Positions 50,050-62,177 of a stretch of 64,000 nt of DNA are shown one piece after another. Source of the DNA: Eutreptiella sp. 'Long Island Sound 2002' (lineage: Eukaryota > Protista > Euglenida); the NCBI GenBank assembly GCA_964036045.1, contig OZ038378.1, positions 114,328,001 to 114,392,000 on the forward strand, read 5' to 3'. A program made the translations under genes and the position numbers. Positions within the stretch are counted from its first letter, which is position 1; each line of letters starts with the position of its first letter. The notes below the pieces were generated by a model. The model was not told where the DNA came from. It did not search any database and saw only the letters and a list, made by a program, of their open reading frames with translations.

Positions 50050-53000
50050 GAACCGGCGCGCCCAGGTCCGGAGCTCTCGGCGGGCCGCTTCGCCTGCTGT
50101 CATCTGGGGATGGTCGTGGGCCGGGTATTCCGAATAGCCCAGCGTGCCCACCCCGGGTGTGTTTTGTTCAGGGGGTGCTCCCCCGTGGGTGCCGGATGCC
50201 ATGCGAGGTGCGCAGTGTCGCCTCTAGTTTGATGTTGGCACAACCTGTTTGTGAGGATGTGGGGTCGTTGCCGTTCGTGGGCATCAGCCGTTAGGTCAGA
50301 ACGCGGCGCTATCAAGGGCTGCAACGCGCCCCCCGTTTGTGGTCGCCTTGGGAGTGCCATGGCTTCTTGGGGCATGTGCGATGCTGGTGGTGGGCGCCGT
50401 GGTGTCCTCTGGTGCTCTCGGTGGCCCCGAAGGCGCTATTGAGAGCGTTGTAATCGCCGAGGAGGTGGGCCTCAGGCGATGTTCAAATTGCCCCACGAGG
50501 GGCGCCGTTGCTGCGCGCGGGGTCCACAGCACTCGTTGCTAGCTCGCGTGCTGGTCCCATGTGCTCCGTCGCAGCTTCAACATTGCTGCATCTCTCTGCA
50601 TCGTCGGGAGTGGGGGGTACGTGGGGGTCGGGGGCTTGGCGTGGCGACGCTTTGGTGGCCTCCATTTCCCGCCAGAAGTGGTTCAAGGACTCGTTGTCAG
50701 CGGTGGTGGCGTTGGAGTGGTGGGTTTGTGATGGCGTTTTTGTGGGGGTTGGCGGGGTGTCCCCTTGGTTGTTGCGGTCCGGGTTGCTTGTTGTGCGGCT
50801 TCCGGTGCCCCGGGCAGCGGCCAGTCTTTTCGGGGGGGTTGGGTAGTGTGAGGTGTCGGGCCGTTAGTCGTTTCGTGCGCACGATGATGTGCTCCTCCTC
50901 GGCTGCAGATGTTTTTGGCAGGGGTCACGTGTCGGTGTCCCCCGGTGCCTGGAACGTGGTTGCCACGCCAGACCCCGCGGGCTTCCTTGTGGGGTGAAGG
51001 TGGTTGTTTGGGGTTGAGGGTTGCTTGTGGTTGGTGCAACGTCTGGCGGATGGTCCGTATTCATCGTTGTGAGACCCTCATATGTGGGGCCTTGTGCTAG
51101 TGGCGGTGTCGTTGTCGTTTGTCGGGGTGCTTGCTGATATTCGATGAGCGGCGGTGTTTTGTGGGTCGCGGTCCGCATTGGCTCCTAGGCTTGTGCAACA
51201 AGGATAGCACCGGGGGCGCGGGCTGCGGCTTCGAACCGTGTGTGGCCGTGTGTAGGAATGGCGTTGTCAGTGAAGGGTTGAGTGTTTCCTATGTTCAGGG
51301 CGCCGCCCGGATACGATGCTGCTGTCATCACCGTCGCGTCTGCATGCCTCGGGGCTGTTGATGGCGGCAGTGGTGCCGCCGCACGTCTGGGGATCTGTTG
51401 ATGCCCGGCGGACTGCATTGTTCCGTCGTCGGTGTGGTGTCGCTGGGGGCCATGGTGGGTCTCGGGTTGCGACAACCTCGGGGAGGGCCATCCCAAAACC
51501 CACTGGGTGGTGTGCGCCCTTTTACCGCCGTGGAGGACGTGGCCTGTGGTGGGGCGGGCGCAGAGTATGGTGCCCTGTTTCCGTAAGTGTTGGGTGGCGG
51601 TGGTAGGACGTAGTTGACGTGGGCACGTTCGACTACGGGGCGGAGGCGGCGGGGAATGAGGAACCCCGGGGACCATATCCATTCCTGCACCAACCAAGGC
51701 CTCAAACCCCCCCCCCTCCCCCGCCACCATGGGCCACCCCAACCACTGACTCTACGTCGCCACGCGCCTCATGATACACCTCGGGTTAACCACCCCGAAC
51801 GAGGCGAACCACGTGCACTGGACATGGCACAAGCAAGCAGCACTCCGCATCCGCAAAGTCATGCGGGATGCAAACGTCTGGGCCATCCCGAGCTCCGGCC
51901 CTCAGAGTTTGCACACCTTGGAATGACACACGGGGCACAAGTGGCAACGCCCCCAGGCGTCCGCCGACTCGATGCCCCCGAGGAGAGGGCCCCGGCGCAC
52001 CCTAGCGCCGGTGCAACCACCCACGTATGTTGGGTCGCCGTATCGTCCACAAGTAAGTCCACTTTGACCCTTCCCCCATCATCGGGGCAACCTGTGAAGC
52101 CAAGCAAGGCTACACGCACAGAGAAAACCCCAGCTGCGATCCACCGGGCAACCCTAGTGAGCAAAAGGACGCTTGTTGGACGGGAACCGGGACCCCCAAA
52201 ACCAGGTGGCACGCTGCGTCACATTCGGGGACGGAGGGCCCGCCAAGGACCACCGTGCGCCTCAACAGGGCGCCGAACGTCGGCAAAATGAACCCACATA
52301 GGACACACAGCAACAGCTCAAGCGGCCCCGCCTGCACCTAATCCCCACCACCACCACTCCCGCCACAGAGAGCCCGGCTGGCGCAAGCCAAACACTGCAC
52401 ACGCCCCAACCATCTCCCCTGCAACCACAACCGGCATGCGGGAGAACCGGAATAAGCCTAGCGACAACCGGGCGACACCACCGCGCTCGGCGGACCCACG
52501 AAGTCCCCAGCATATGGAAACGTCGGGCGACAGCCAACGGCAGCTGGCAAGGTCATCGACGCCCCCGACCGCTAGCACACAGCCACTTGCGACAACCCAC
52601 GAGACCATCCCTGCAACAATGTCCGTGGACGCCACCCCACGGCCGCGCCCTGACGGCAGTACCGGCCACATGGCCGACAAGGCCGAGGGGCGTGCTGAGG
52701 CACAGGTCGCCTCCGATGAAGGCGCCCTGACGCGCCAGCCCCCAGCAGAGACACCCACAGAGCAGCCTATGGACAGCGTCAATGAGACGAAGGGGTTGGA
52801 TCCCACGGAAGCGGAGAACCCATTCCTCCGCCACCACCCAGGACCCCACCACCGGGCGGCCCCAACAACGAGCCCCTCTCCCAAGCTGAGCTCCACACGA
52901 TCTCTGACCTCTACCAAAACATCCCAAGGGACCGTCTTGTGGACGGCCTCCACCAACACCTCTAGCACCTCCCACCCCGCAGACTTGTTGCCAGGGTCCC

Positions 53001-53090
53001 CGTGCCCCACGTGTCCACCCCGGTCTATGTGCGGCGGCCGCTCACGGCACTCACCCAAGGAGCAGCTGCTAGACCAGTTTGTGACCCTCT
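50050..53090. repeat. Decayed Pro/Thr-rich, retroelement-like sequence in two opposite orientations
   Basis: G/T-rich plus strand to about 51690, then A/C-rich; only low-complexity ORFs (e.g. 52436-53092), with no catalytic motif recognised. Confidence 0.3.
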
Positions 53091-54827
53091 AATATACATA
53101 GTAAGTGTGACACTTTGTGCACATGCAGCCTCTTCCTAGTCCGTTACACAGGCATTTGGTACACACGCACATACACGGGGCTTGTACCAGGTATTTTGTG
53201 CATGCAACCCCCTTTTCGGTCCGTGCCCCGGGGAGATGTGTGCGTGGTTTGGTCCCTACACCACGGAATGTGTGCACACCCTCTTGGTTTCTGGTCCATA
53301 TGTCAGGTAATGTGTGTGCAACAAGGCGGCTGTTTTCTCGGCGCACTGGCCCACTTTGGGGTGCATTACGTTGGGCCGCTTTCTCCAAGGTGGACTAGCC
53401 AAAGGCAATACAATCATTGGGCTTTGATCCCCTGCCCCAACGCCTACAAAAGATATAACCAGCTACAAGGGGTGGTGTCAAAATGGGAAGATCCATTGGG
53501 GGACAAATCAGTCTCCCAGAATGATGATTTTGCAAGGAGTCAAAAATCCAAATCCATACAGTGGATTAAGCTGTGCAAACACCCCCCAAATGGGGGGCAC
53601 ATATGGCGCTTGTGCTCCTGCGCTTGATCTAACAGCCATCTTCAAGGTGATTTGCACCACAATTGCACAAGAAAACGTTGCACAATCATTTGAGGAGGCA
53701 CTGAAGGGTGGGTGGGCCCCACCCCCAACCTATTGGTGCTACACCGGTAAATGAACCTCTACCTGTGGGTTGCTCTCAATCTATTTTGTCCAAAGGGGAG
53801 GGGGGGCAGTTTGTTCACCTGCGACCCAGCCACCAACCATAAAAGGTGGATGGGGGGGGGGGGCTGGCCCAAGGTGGGAAGATGGAGAGGAGGGGAGGGG
53901 AGGTTGGGAGGCTGAGGGTTGGGTTCACCACCTTGCCAAGCTGTTAATGAGTGTGTTCTTTTCCTCAGCATGTGTCAAGATGCACAAATTGAACAGCACA
54001 TCAGAGCCTTGACTTTAACCTATCCCCAGCCCAGGTGTATCTTGCGACCAAAAACTTGCACAGCAACGGTCTTGACAACACACTGTGGGCAAACTACACA
54101 AATCACCATGCAACTCATGCACAATGGTTCGGGTGACAACAGACAGACTGTGGGCTAAAACATTTGTTTTGGCTCCCTTTGTGGCCAAAGATCATTATCA
54201 GAAAACACATTTTTGGTCAATTTTCAGAGCCAAAACAGGCCTTGATCAAGGCATTTGCGAAGGGTTTAGTGGCAAAAATGTGCTAACTATGACTGATCAT
54301 GGCTGGAGGACGCATTTTTGTCCTCAGTCGGTTAAAACAAAAAAAGTAAACAAATTTGACCCAATTTGCACCTCCCACCCTCCCCTGGCACCCTGCCAAG
54401 CATGTGCACAATGCGGCACCACTTGAAGGCAGGTCATTGAAAGGGGCAGAAGCTGGGCCAAAAAATGGTTAAAATGGGGTCAAAATGGGCTGCAAAGATG
54501 CAAATTAATTTACAATCCAGGATCCAGAATAGCAAAAGGGGCAAAATGGTACATTGTGGATTTGCAGGAATACAACCAGGCCACAAGTGGCCACACATGG
54601 GCTAAAAAAGGGGGCAAAAAGATTTTTTCACATGGGGTGTGATGCAAGAACAGGAAAGCTTTCCTTCTGACCACTGTTTTGTTGCTCATGCGATTTGCCT
54701 TGCCAGGTGGCAGTGAAGCTGCAACATCCATGGACCTGTGCAGGGGGTGGATGCCATCAAAGACAAACTGCAAAAACATGCCCATGGCAATTTTTTCCCC
54801 CTACAAGTTCCCACATCATGCTTTCTC

Positions 54828-55919
54828 CTATGCTTTCCAGACTTTTGATGCACACCTACAGCTTGCACTGCCACGCCGATACGGTGATGCACCACTTGGC
54901 CAACCACCCAACAACAAAAACAACATGGTCACACCGTCTCTCACACGGGGAAAAGGATAAATCAAGCTGGCAATTTGGTTCTGAATAATTCCTCTCTGGC
55001 TCATCCCACACTTGGCACCAAAAAAAAATGTATGTGTTGAGGCTGGGATTTGAATTTGGTGCCCCCTTGCATGGATATGATCTGAGCGGATGGTGCCACT
55101 GCAGCCATGATTTTTCCGGGGCATTTTGGGGTGCACGTGGTCCTCCTTTGGCCACAGGGAGCCCCATTGTCCCACGTTCCTGGAGGGATGGACCTTGAAT
55201 AAGCTGCAAAACCACTCCATCCAAACCCCAGAGGGGGCCATGTCCAGAGCATCCGTCACGTCTGTGGTTGTGCCATTGGCAACACGCCTGGCATCAGTGT
55301 CCACTGCAGGGTGCAAAGACTTTTTGGAGACCCCTCGAGCTGGGATCGTATAACCCCATCGGGCCACAACCATGTGGCGCACCAGCAATGCGCCAATGGC
55401 CCCCAACAGCACCCCAATGACCAAGCTGCTAGGAGCCAGAGATTCCTCAGCGCCAACGATGTAGTTGTCAGGGACCAGCATTAGCGTCGGGTGGAGCGTT
55501 GTGTTCACCGAATGGTTGAGAGGCTTTGGGTGCGGCAGTGGATGCATGGTGCGGGAGCGCATTTTTTGGGCCTGCACTAGGTCAAGTAGAATGCGCACCC
55601 TCACGTTAATGACTCGCTGGTTGGGCCCATGCACCAACAGCGTGACATTGGTGTGGTTGTGCAAGCTGTGGGGCCGGAAGGTGGCCTGTAGATCTGTGGC
55701 CTTTGCTGGAAGCACCGCCCGCAATGCCTCTGTGAAGAGCCCCCCATGGAACTCTTGGAAGGCAGCAGGCCACAGCAACTGTACCTCACGTGTGGTTGTG
55801 ACCCATGGATTTTTGGAACGGGAGCGCTTCAGCACAGCCAAGGGCCGCCTCTTTTTCGCATGCTTGTGGCCAGGCACTGCAGAGGTGCAATAAGCCAGAA
55901 CGAGTCCAGTGAGCCACAT
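54828..55919 (-). CDS. Candidate host gene exon: secreted/type I membrane protein of unknown function
   Basis: Polypyrimidine tract plus CAG acceptor (ttttttgctcctgttttgcag) about 25 nt before ATG 55919. Signal-peptide-like MWLTGLVLAYCTSA and TM-like LVIGVLLGAIGALLV followed by basic residues. The 3' end is uncertain. Confidence 0.45.
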   Translation of the reverse strand: MWLTGLVLAYCTSAVPGHKHAKKRRPLAVLKRSRSKNPWVTTTREVQLLWPAAFQEFHGGLFTEALRAVLPAKATDLQATFRPHSLHNHTNVTLLVHGPNQRVINVRVRILLDLVQAQKMRSRTMHPLPHPKPLNHSVNTTLHPTLMLVPDNYIVGAEESLAPSSLVIGVLLGAIGALLVRHMVVARWGYTIPARGVSKKSLHPAVDTDARRVANGTTTDVTDALDMAPSGVWMEWFCSLFKVHPSRNVGQWGSLWPKEDHVHPKMPRKNHGCSGTIRSDHIHARGHQIQIPASTHTFFFGAKCGMSQRGIIQNQIASLIYPFPRVRDGVTMLFLLLGGWPSGASPYRRGSASCRCASKVWKA

Positions 55920-57614
55920 GGATGTTATGTGGCAACATGGACGCTGCAAAACAGGAGCAAAAAAATGTGCAATGGAGGCTTAAATGGGCACCTGTCTTCT
56001 AAGCCTTTGATTTTATGTCAACCCCTTTGATTTTATGTTACCATGGCCACATTCTGGACTGCCTGGAGCCGCGCATCACGATACTAATCAGAGTTCTTTG
56101 CTAGCATAGGTACAAGAGAACGAAGGGTTCGTTTGGCTTTTGGTGCATGAACATCTGGGTAATGCATCAGGACCTGATGTTCAGTCTGGAAATTTCAGCA
56201 TTTGTCTGCCAAACGGAGCGTGACGCATGGGGGTGCAGCTACTACATTAGGTTGGGTGGGAGGGTACACGGAACGCAAACGGGGGCATGTGGGGTAGAAA
56301 TGGTGTTCACTGGCAATGCATTTCATGCTATCCGGTTGGGCGGAGCAGGGTCCACCAATAGCGCGGGGGGGTGGGGGATTGCACACCACTGGTCCTGAAT
56401 TCTGGACTGCAGGACAAATTTTGTGTCATCCTCAAAAAAGTCGAAAAAGTAATGTTCCTGCACAGGAGCCCAAAGGCACAATAGCTGTGCACTGAGGTCT
56501 CAACCAATGGGAATTCCTTGTTCTGCTTGTTTGGGCACACTACCTCAGAGGGTGTACAGAGTATTACTATATCTCTTGGGGACATTCATTGTGCGCCAAG
56601 TCGGTGGGTTTTGGCATTGTTCCCGGAGTTTTTGAACTTTTCGGTCGATGCGCCAAAATATCGTTCCCTTGGGGGCCGCAATTGGTCAGGTGTGGACCCG
56701 CCACTGTCGTTCCAGCCGTGCCTGCCCCACGGCCTTCATTGCACTTTCAGTTCATCACGCGTTCATCTGACCAGTGGCCTTGTTCGTGTTCCAAACAGTT
56801 CCAGGTCCCTGCCTCCCTGGCTGGGGTCAGGGCTGTGGGCTTCGGGTTCTGGGCTTTACCGCTGGGCATACTACTCACTTGATACTGAGACCGGGTCGTG
56901 GCGTTTATTCGGTGTTCCATGTTTGGGTTCTCCGTTTACCTGGGTTGTGCTTGCTTGCGCTGGCCCCTCTTGGCCACACTCCCTTGGCTTTGTAGTCTCC
57001 CGGGGTCATGGAGGGCTCGCGGTGCGAGAGGTCATGAGTCAGCCGGTTTGGTTGCTGCCACCAACCCTGGCGAGGCATGGTGGTCCTTAGGGCTGAAAAC
57101 CCCCAGTGGGTACTGGCGTGTTGGAGTTAGCAGGTGTATACAACGTTCAATTTACCAAGCAAATCAAATTTTTTTTTCAAATCGGCCGGTTCAGAAAGTG
57201 CCAGGGCCCGTAGGCCAGAGTGCAGAGTCTCTTGCTAAATACAGATTTCGGCAGTGCCAGGGTAAGCACACGGGTCTCAGCTCCGGGCTGGACCCCCGTG
57301 GGTTCCCTAATTTGGGGTCAGCTGGTTCTGTTACGCTGGCGTGTGATGTGTTGCCGTGTTGTGTTCGTCTGGGTCCATGAGTGGTAACTCCCATTCTGTT
57401 GGGTCCCAGTGTGGTTTGTGCCGTTTGCGGTAGTGCGCGTTGGCCCAGGGACCCGTGGTGTGGTTGCGCCCCCGTGCCCGTTCTGATGCCGGGTTCGGGG
57501 TGAAGAGGGCAAGCAGCGCATTTCTCGGGAAGGGGGCTGGCGTGTACGGGGGAGGGGGTGGTGATCGAATTCGTCGGTGCTTCCGCCCCGGTGTGGGGGT
57601 GGGTACCTCGATAT

Positions 57615-58819
57615 CTAGGACCGTGCGGGTTTGTGTCCTTGGTCGGCAGGGTGTGCCGTCCATCGGTCCGCCCGTGCGGACCGGCGTCTGCGGCTGGCCT
57701 GGAGTGCCATCCGCTGGCTCATCCATACGTACTGGTGTCTGCGGCTGTGGGAGGGGGTCCACGGGCATCTCCGGGGGTTCTTGTTACAGTACTTCCAATG
57801 GGGGTTCCTTGTCCTTTGGCACCGTGGGGTCTGCCGACACATGCCCCCTTAGCAAGGGTGACCGGCGTCGCCCCTCATCAGCCAGGGAGTCTGCGTTTTC
57901 GTTACCGCGGGTTCCTACCCCGCCCCCCCCTTGTCTAAGCTACGCCAAAGTACCAAATTAATACGGTCCCTACGCCTACTGTAGCTTAGACACGGCCGTA
58001 GCTTGCGCGCGACATATACAACTACCGACACACACGTGGAACGTGTGAAAATAACCGGGCGTCCGGGTTCAAAAAGAGAAGATTGCATGGTGAGCTAGTG
58101 CAAGAAGGGGGAATATAATCGACAAATACCTCCAAAATCAGAGTTATGTGGGTTCAAGTGGGCAAACACTCACAACAAATGTGTACATGACCCTATGTAC
58201 CTGGCAAATTCGTCAAACCCATGTCTTATGTGGTTGCACTAAATTTGGTACCAAATTAAAATTAGGTACCAAATTAATACGGTCCCTACACCTACTGTAG
58301 CTTAGACACGGCCGTAGCTTAGACAAGGGGGGGGGGGTATGTGGGAGGGGACGTGAAGCCACTGTATCTCGGAGCCTACTTTCTCCAGGATGTCGAGAAC
58401 TTGTGTCCACAGGTCCATGTGCCAGGTAGGACCCGATGCAGTTTGCCAATTGTGTCGTCGCCACTTTTGTGCCCTCCCCAGCACTCCGTCTACCACATAC
58501 ATTGAATCCGGGCAAATCAGCGACCGTGATCCCGGTCTATGGCCTTGCAATGCTGCCAGTGTTGCTCGTAGTTCCCCTCTGTTATTGGTTTGCTCCTCGT
58601 CTGTGGGTAGGGGTTCTACCACGTCCCTAGAGTCCCCAAAAAAGACTCCGCAGCCACCCACCCGCCCAACTATGGGGTGCAACTCGGAAGACCCATCTGG
58701 GTAGATGATCTCCCAGTTCTCCTGTGCATACCAGCCAATTATGTCCTCGAAATACTCACGCAGGGCTGCCTCATATCCCTGCTTTCTGGACTTCTTGCGC
58801 GCCGGGTAGTGGAGTCCCT
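57615..58819 (-). pseudogene. RNase H1-type domain (probably LINE-derived), interrupted by a MITE
   Basis: YPDGS, QTNNRGEL, PDSMY, W..HNW, DLW, WLHVPSHI. After MITE removal it continues in frame as GTRGNENADSLADEG. Confidence 0.85.
57918..58337. mobile_element. 420-bp MITE with poly-C/poly-G-tipped TIRs and TA target duplication
   Basis: cccccccc-ttgtctaagctacg / cgtagcttagacaa-ggggggggggg; TA at 57916-17 and 58338-39. Precise removal restores the RNase H frame. Confidence 0.9.
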
Positions 58820-58820
58820 T

Positions 58821-61020
58821 GGGGGGGGGGGTATGTGTAGACTTTTTGAAATATGTGAGAAAGGCCGTTTCAGGCTTGTATGGGTTAGGGGGGGGCAGGT
58901 GACCATATTTTTTAGCAAACAGATGGAAACTTGACCATACAAGGGATGGAGCAATGCACAGAGGACCGCTGATTATTCCGAATCCGAATGGTCCGCATTG
59001 TTGTTCCCTTCCACAAGCGTTGGGACTCCATTGGGGCGGACATCGCCCTGCTTGTGAATGAAAATGTATTTCTTCAATTTTTGCTAGTCCTCCTGCAGCC
59101 TGCGTGCCTTCACAGGCACCTACACTATGTTGAGTGGCATGGCCCACAAGCCATCAGTTGTGAGGTCCACATTTCGCTGTTTCGTCAGCCGGACCTTGCG
59201 CCATGCAATGGCCTCACTGTACCCAGACTTCACCAAGACAAAACCAGGATGGGGCTGCAGATTCTGAGCATCAGGAGTCATACCAAAATCTAGCCATTTT
59301 ATTTTGTCATCTCTGATCAAAACAGGGGCCTGCTGGTGGTCCAGATGGCTGCCCGAAGGCTTATAGGCAGCTGCAAGCCATCTGGACATATCCCAAAAAT
59401 CACTGCGCTGCAAGATGTGCAGCTTCTGTACAAACCGTTGCTTGTTTCGTACAACATGCTGGATAGTCAGGCGAGCCATGTCAGTGAGGCCGTAATAATA
59501 ATCAACATTGTGCAGAACACGGTCCATGGCGTGTGACGCTGGATCGCACAGATTGTACGAGTGTCCTTTAATGAAGACACACCACGTAATTCCATGAAAC
59601 CAACGCCACTGCACCAGTTTGTCGTACAGATTACAGAAGGCCCAGAAGGCCCAGTTTAAAAGCCATCAGTATGAATAAACAGGTGCCCTGCCCTGGTTGA
59701 GCACCTGTACAGCTCCCCAATCAGGGCACAGGCCATCTCGTTAAAGCCCTTACCAGCCACATACTCTGGCCAAACCATTACAGTGTCGACCCCACAGTTG
59801 TGCGGTGCAGAACCAAACAGTGCTGTACTGTCCATGGTACTTGTTGCAGTCATATTGTTCGCTGGCCGATCATAAATGTGTGGCCTGCTCGTGCCGCAGT
59901 TTGGCCTGAAAATGGTGGTTGGGGGGGGGGGGGGGGCACCACACACTTCGAAAAGAAAAAGCGAACGGGCGCGACGGCGGAACATAGCAACCTCTAGGGC
60001 TGGTGGGGCTGACCGGATTTGGGGGTTGTACAGCTCACATTCCGCACACACATCCTTCATTGGCGCCTGGTACCCCAGTTTGAATGTTTTCATTGTCCAC
60101 TGTGCCGTTTTCAATAAAACTTGCAGCTGAAAATCCGCTTTGCCTCTCTTTGCAAATTGATCTGGCTCCTCTTTCTGCAGCCAATGGATCCACACGTTGT
60201 ATGGGGAGGCGCGACGGCCACCCACGGGGGCCAAATGGACCGTCTCAGTACATATTTTGTCCCGTACCGTGGAGCACGTCGACAAATCTGCAAAACACAG
60301 TTTTTGCATTACTTCAAAATTTCATGTGGAGTTGTCGGAACTGTGGCCAAGCACAAGGCACATGCTGTTGCCACCCCGCTTAGCCCTATGAAAAGTCCAC
60401 AGAAAAAGGCCGCGGGCAACTCACGGCGTGTCTCAACCATCAAACTGAAGTTTGAGAAATTTCTGTAGGCCCTCCCACAGGCTGACAACCAATTCCGTTG
60501 TCTGATGACCCCTCTTTCTAGCGTAGTTGTGCCACCGTGCATGCTTGACATTTTTCTCCACATCAACGTCAATGGCCACATGGCCCAAAACTCCTGTTGT
60601 GAAGCCTTCGTGGAATGTACTTTACGATCCCAAAATTAGCTTGCAAAAGAAGCGGCCTTTGCCGTGGACAGAATCTGGTTTTCCTCGTGGGTGCACGCAG
60701 GTTGCTGCGAACCGGCTGTACGGAGCTTTTTTTCCCGGCTGCCAGCCCGCCGCCGAGCCACCTGCACCCACTCTGCACCCCCAGAGCGAGCCCTTTTACG
60801 CACCAAAGGCTGTTGTGGTGCATCGGGGGAAGCAACAGCCCGTGGAGAATTTGTATGCGGACATGGTAGCTGCTTGTTGAGAAAAAGAGGTAGCAAGGAA
60901 CACAGGCATTGTCCAAGACGGACAAAAATCTCAAAGATGTCGTCGGTATAGCATGCAGACCCGGGTGTTCCAAATAGCCCTTTTCAAGGGCTTTCCGAAT
61001 ATACCCCACATACCCCCACC
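58821..61020 (-). mobile_element. Sola-like DNA transposon with degenerate transposase (about 58975-60900)
   Basis: LGYQAPMKDVCAECE (P-x-x-D-x-C-x2-C); VWPEYVAGKGFNEMACAL; HLFIHTDG; FIKGHSYNLCD; RRLQED*QKLKKYI. Tentative short TIR gggggtatgtg / cacataccccc; no TSD found. Confidence 0.75.
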
Positions 61021-62177
61021 TCCGGAACATTTAGTTGGCAGAAATCAGGCAACAATTGCACCAACCCCTAAAAACCCACTGAGTTGGCACAATTGGAGAA
61101 ATATGGGTCCCATGTGACAATTTGCGACACCTCATCCATTGTGACTACTCAATAATTACGCGAGGTAGCTTCACCCACACAGTCCAGGAGCCGCTGGTTT
61201 CCCTTGGAGATAGAAAAGGACAATGTACACGACACCTTGCGATGTGTGTCGCCCAAGCCTGCTGCTTCTTCTACTACCTTTAGTATTTTGGATTTATCTA
61301 ATTCCTAGTATGCGTGATTAATCTCATGTAACCAAAGCAACAAAGATTCACGAGGAGCCACATGCAAGAGTCCCCACACGCGCCTCACGCTCTTCATAGT
61401 AGGCGCCCCCCAATGGGGAAACACAATGTGGAGTTCTTGCATTAGGACAATGAGACAACAACCTACAACACGTGACACGGGCGTGGCTAATAACCGAACA
61501 CTACTTTCAATCACAGACATGTTCCTGTGTTTTCCACTTGAGCAAGTGGAACTTTGGCGGTACACGACACTTGCTTTTCATGAGCATTGCTTTTTAAAGT
61601 AGACTCAGTCTGTCTAGCATAGTCTTGAACCACGCCTATCTTCGCAAAGATATGCAAGATGCATGCCAACAAAGCTGACATACGTGTTTTGTGCTGAACC
61701 AATGGGGTTGCCCCTTGGGGGGACGTTCGATAGCAATGAGACGGAAATTGGTATCAATGATTGTGAGGGTGGTTAGGACTCATTGAAAGTGGACAGTGCA
61801 TGTGGCATGGCTCTTTGTCCCATACATTCTAAGGACTTCGGAGAAGTTTGGAGTTCTTCTAGTTTTGGATTAATGGAGTTGCATTCTTGGGGGGTTAACC
61901 ATCGGTAGCATTGTACGTGTTTTTGATTGCATTGCTGGATGGCTCTAGCAATCGAATCACCAGGTTGAACAGAGTCATTATCACCAGGAACGAATGCTGC
62001 GCACGCATCCCGCAGTCTGTCTGCAATCCGTTGGATGAAGTCTTCTTCAAGGAGAATGGCATTTTGTGCACTTTGGGTTTGGCAGCAGCCCCACTATGCT
62101 GGGGTGCATAGAACCATATGGTACTGTTTCGGGGCAAACAAAGGCAGCGGAGGAACAACAGCCCAGCTCAGCATATT

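Noticed and set aside
58302-59147. 281-aa ORF as a transposase-RNase H fusion
   Set aside because: Its N-terminal part is an alternative frame through the Sola 3' end and terminus. The fusion is an artefact of adjacent insertions, and its C-terminus is MITE sequence.
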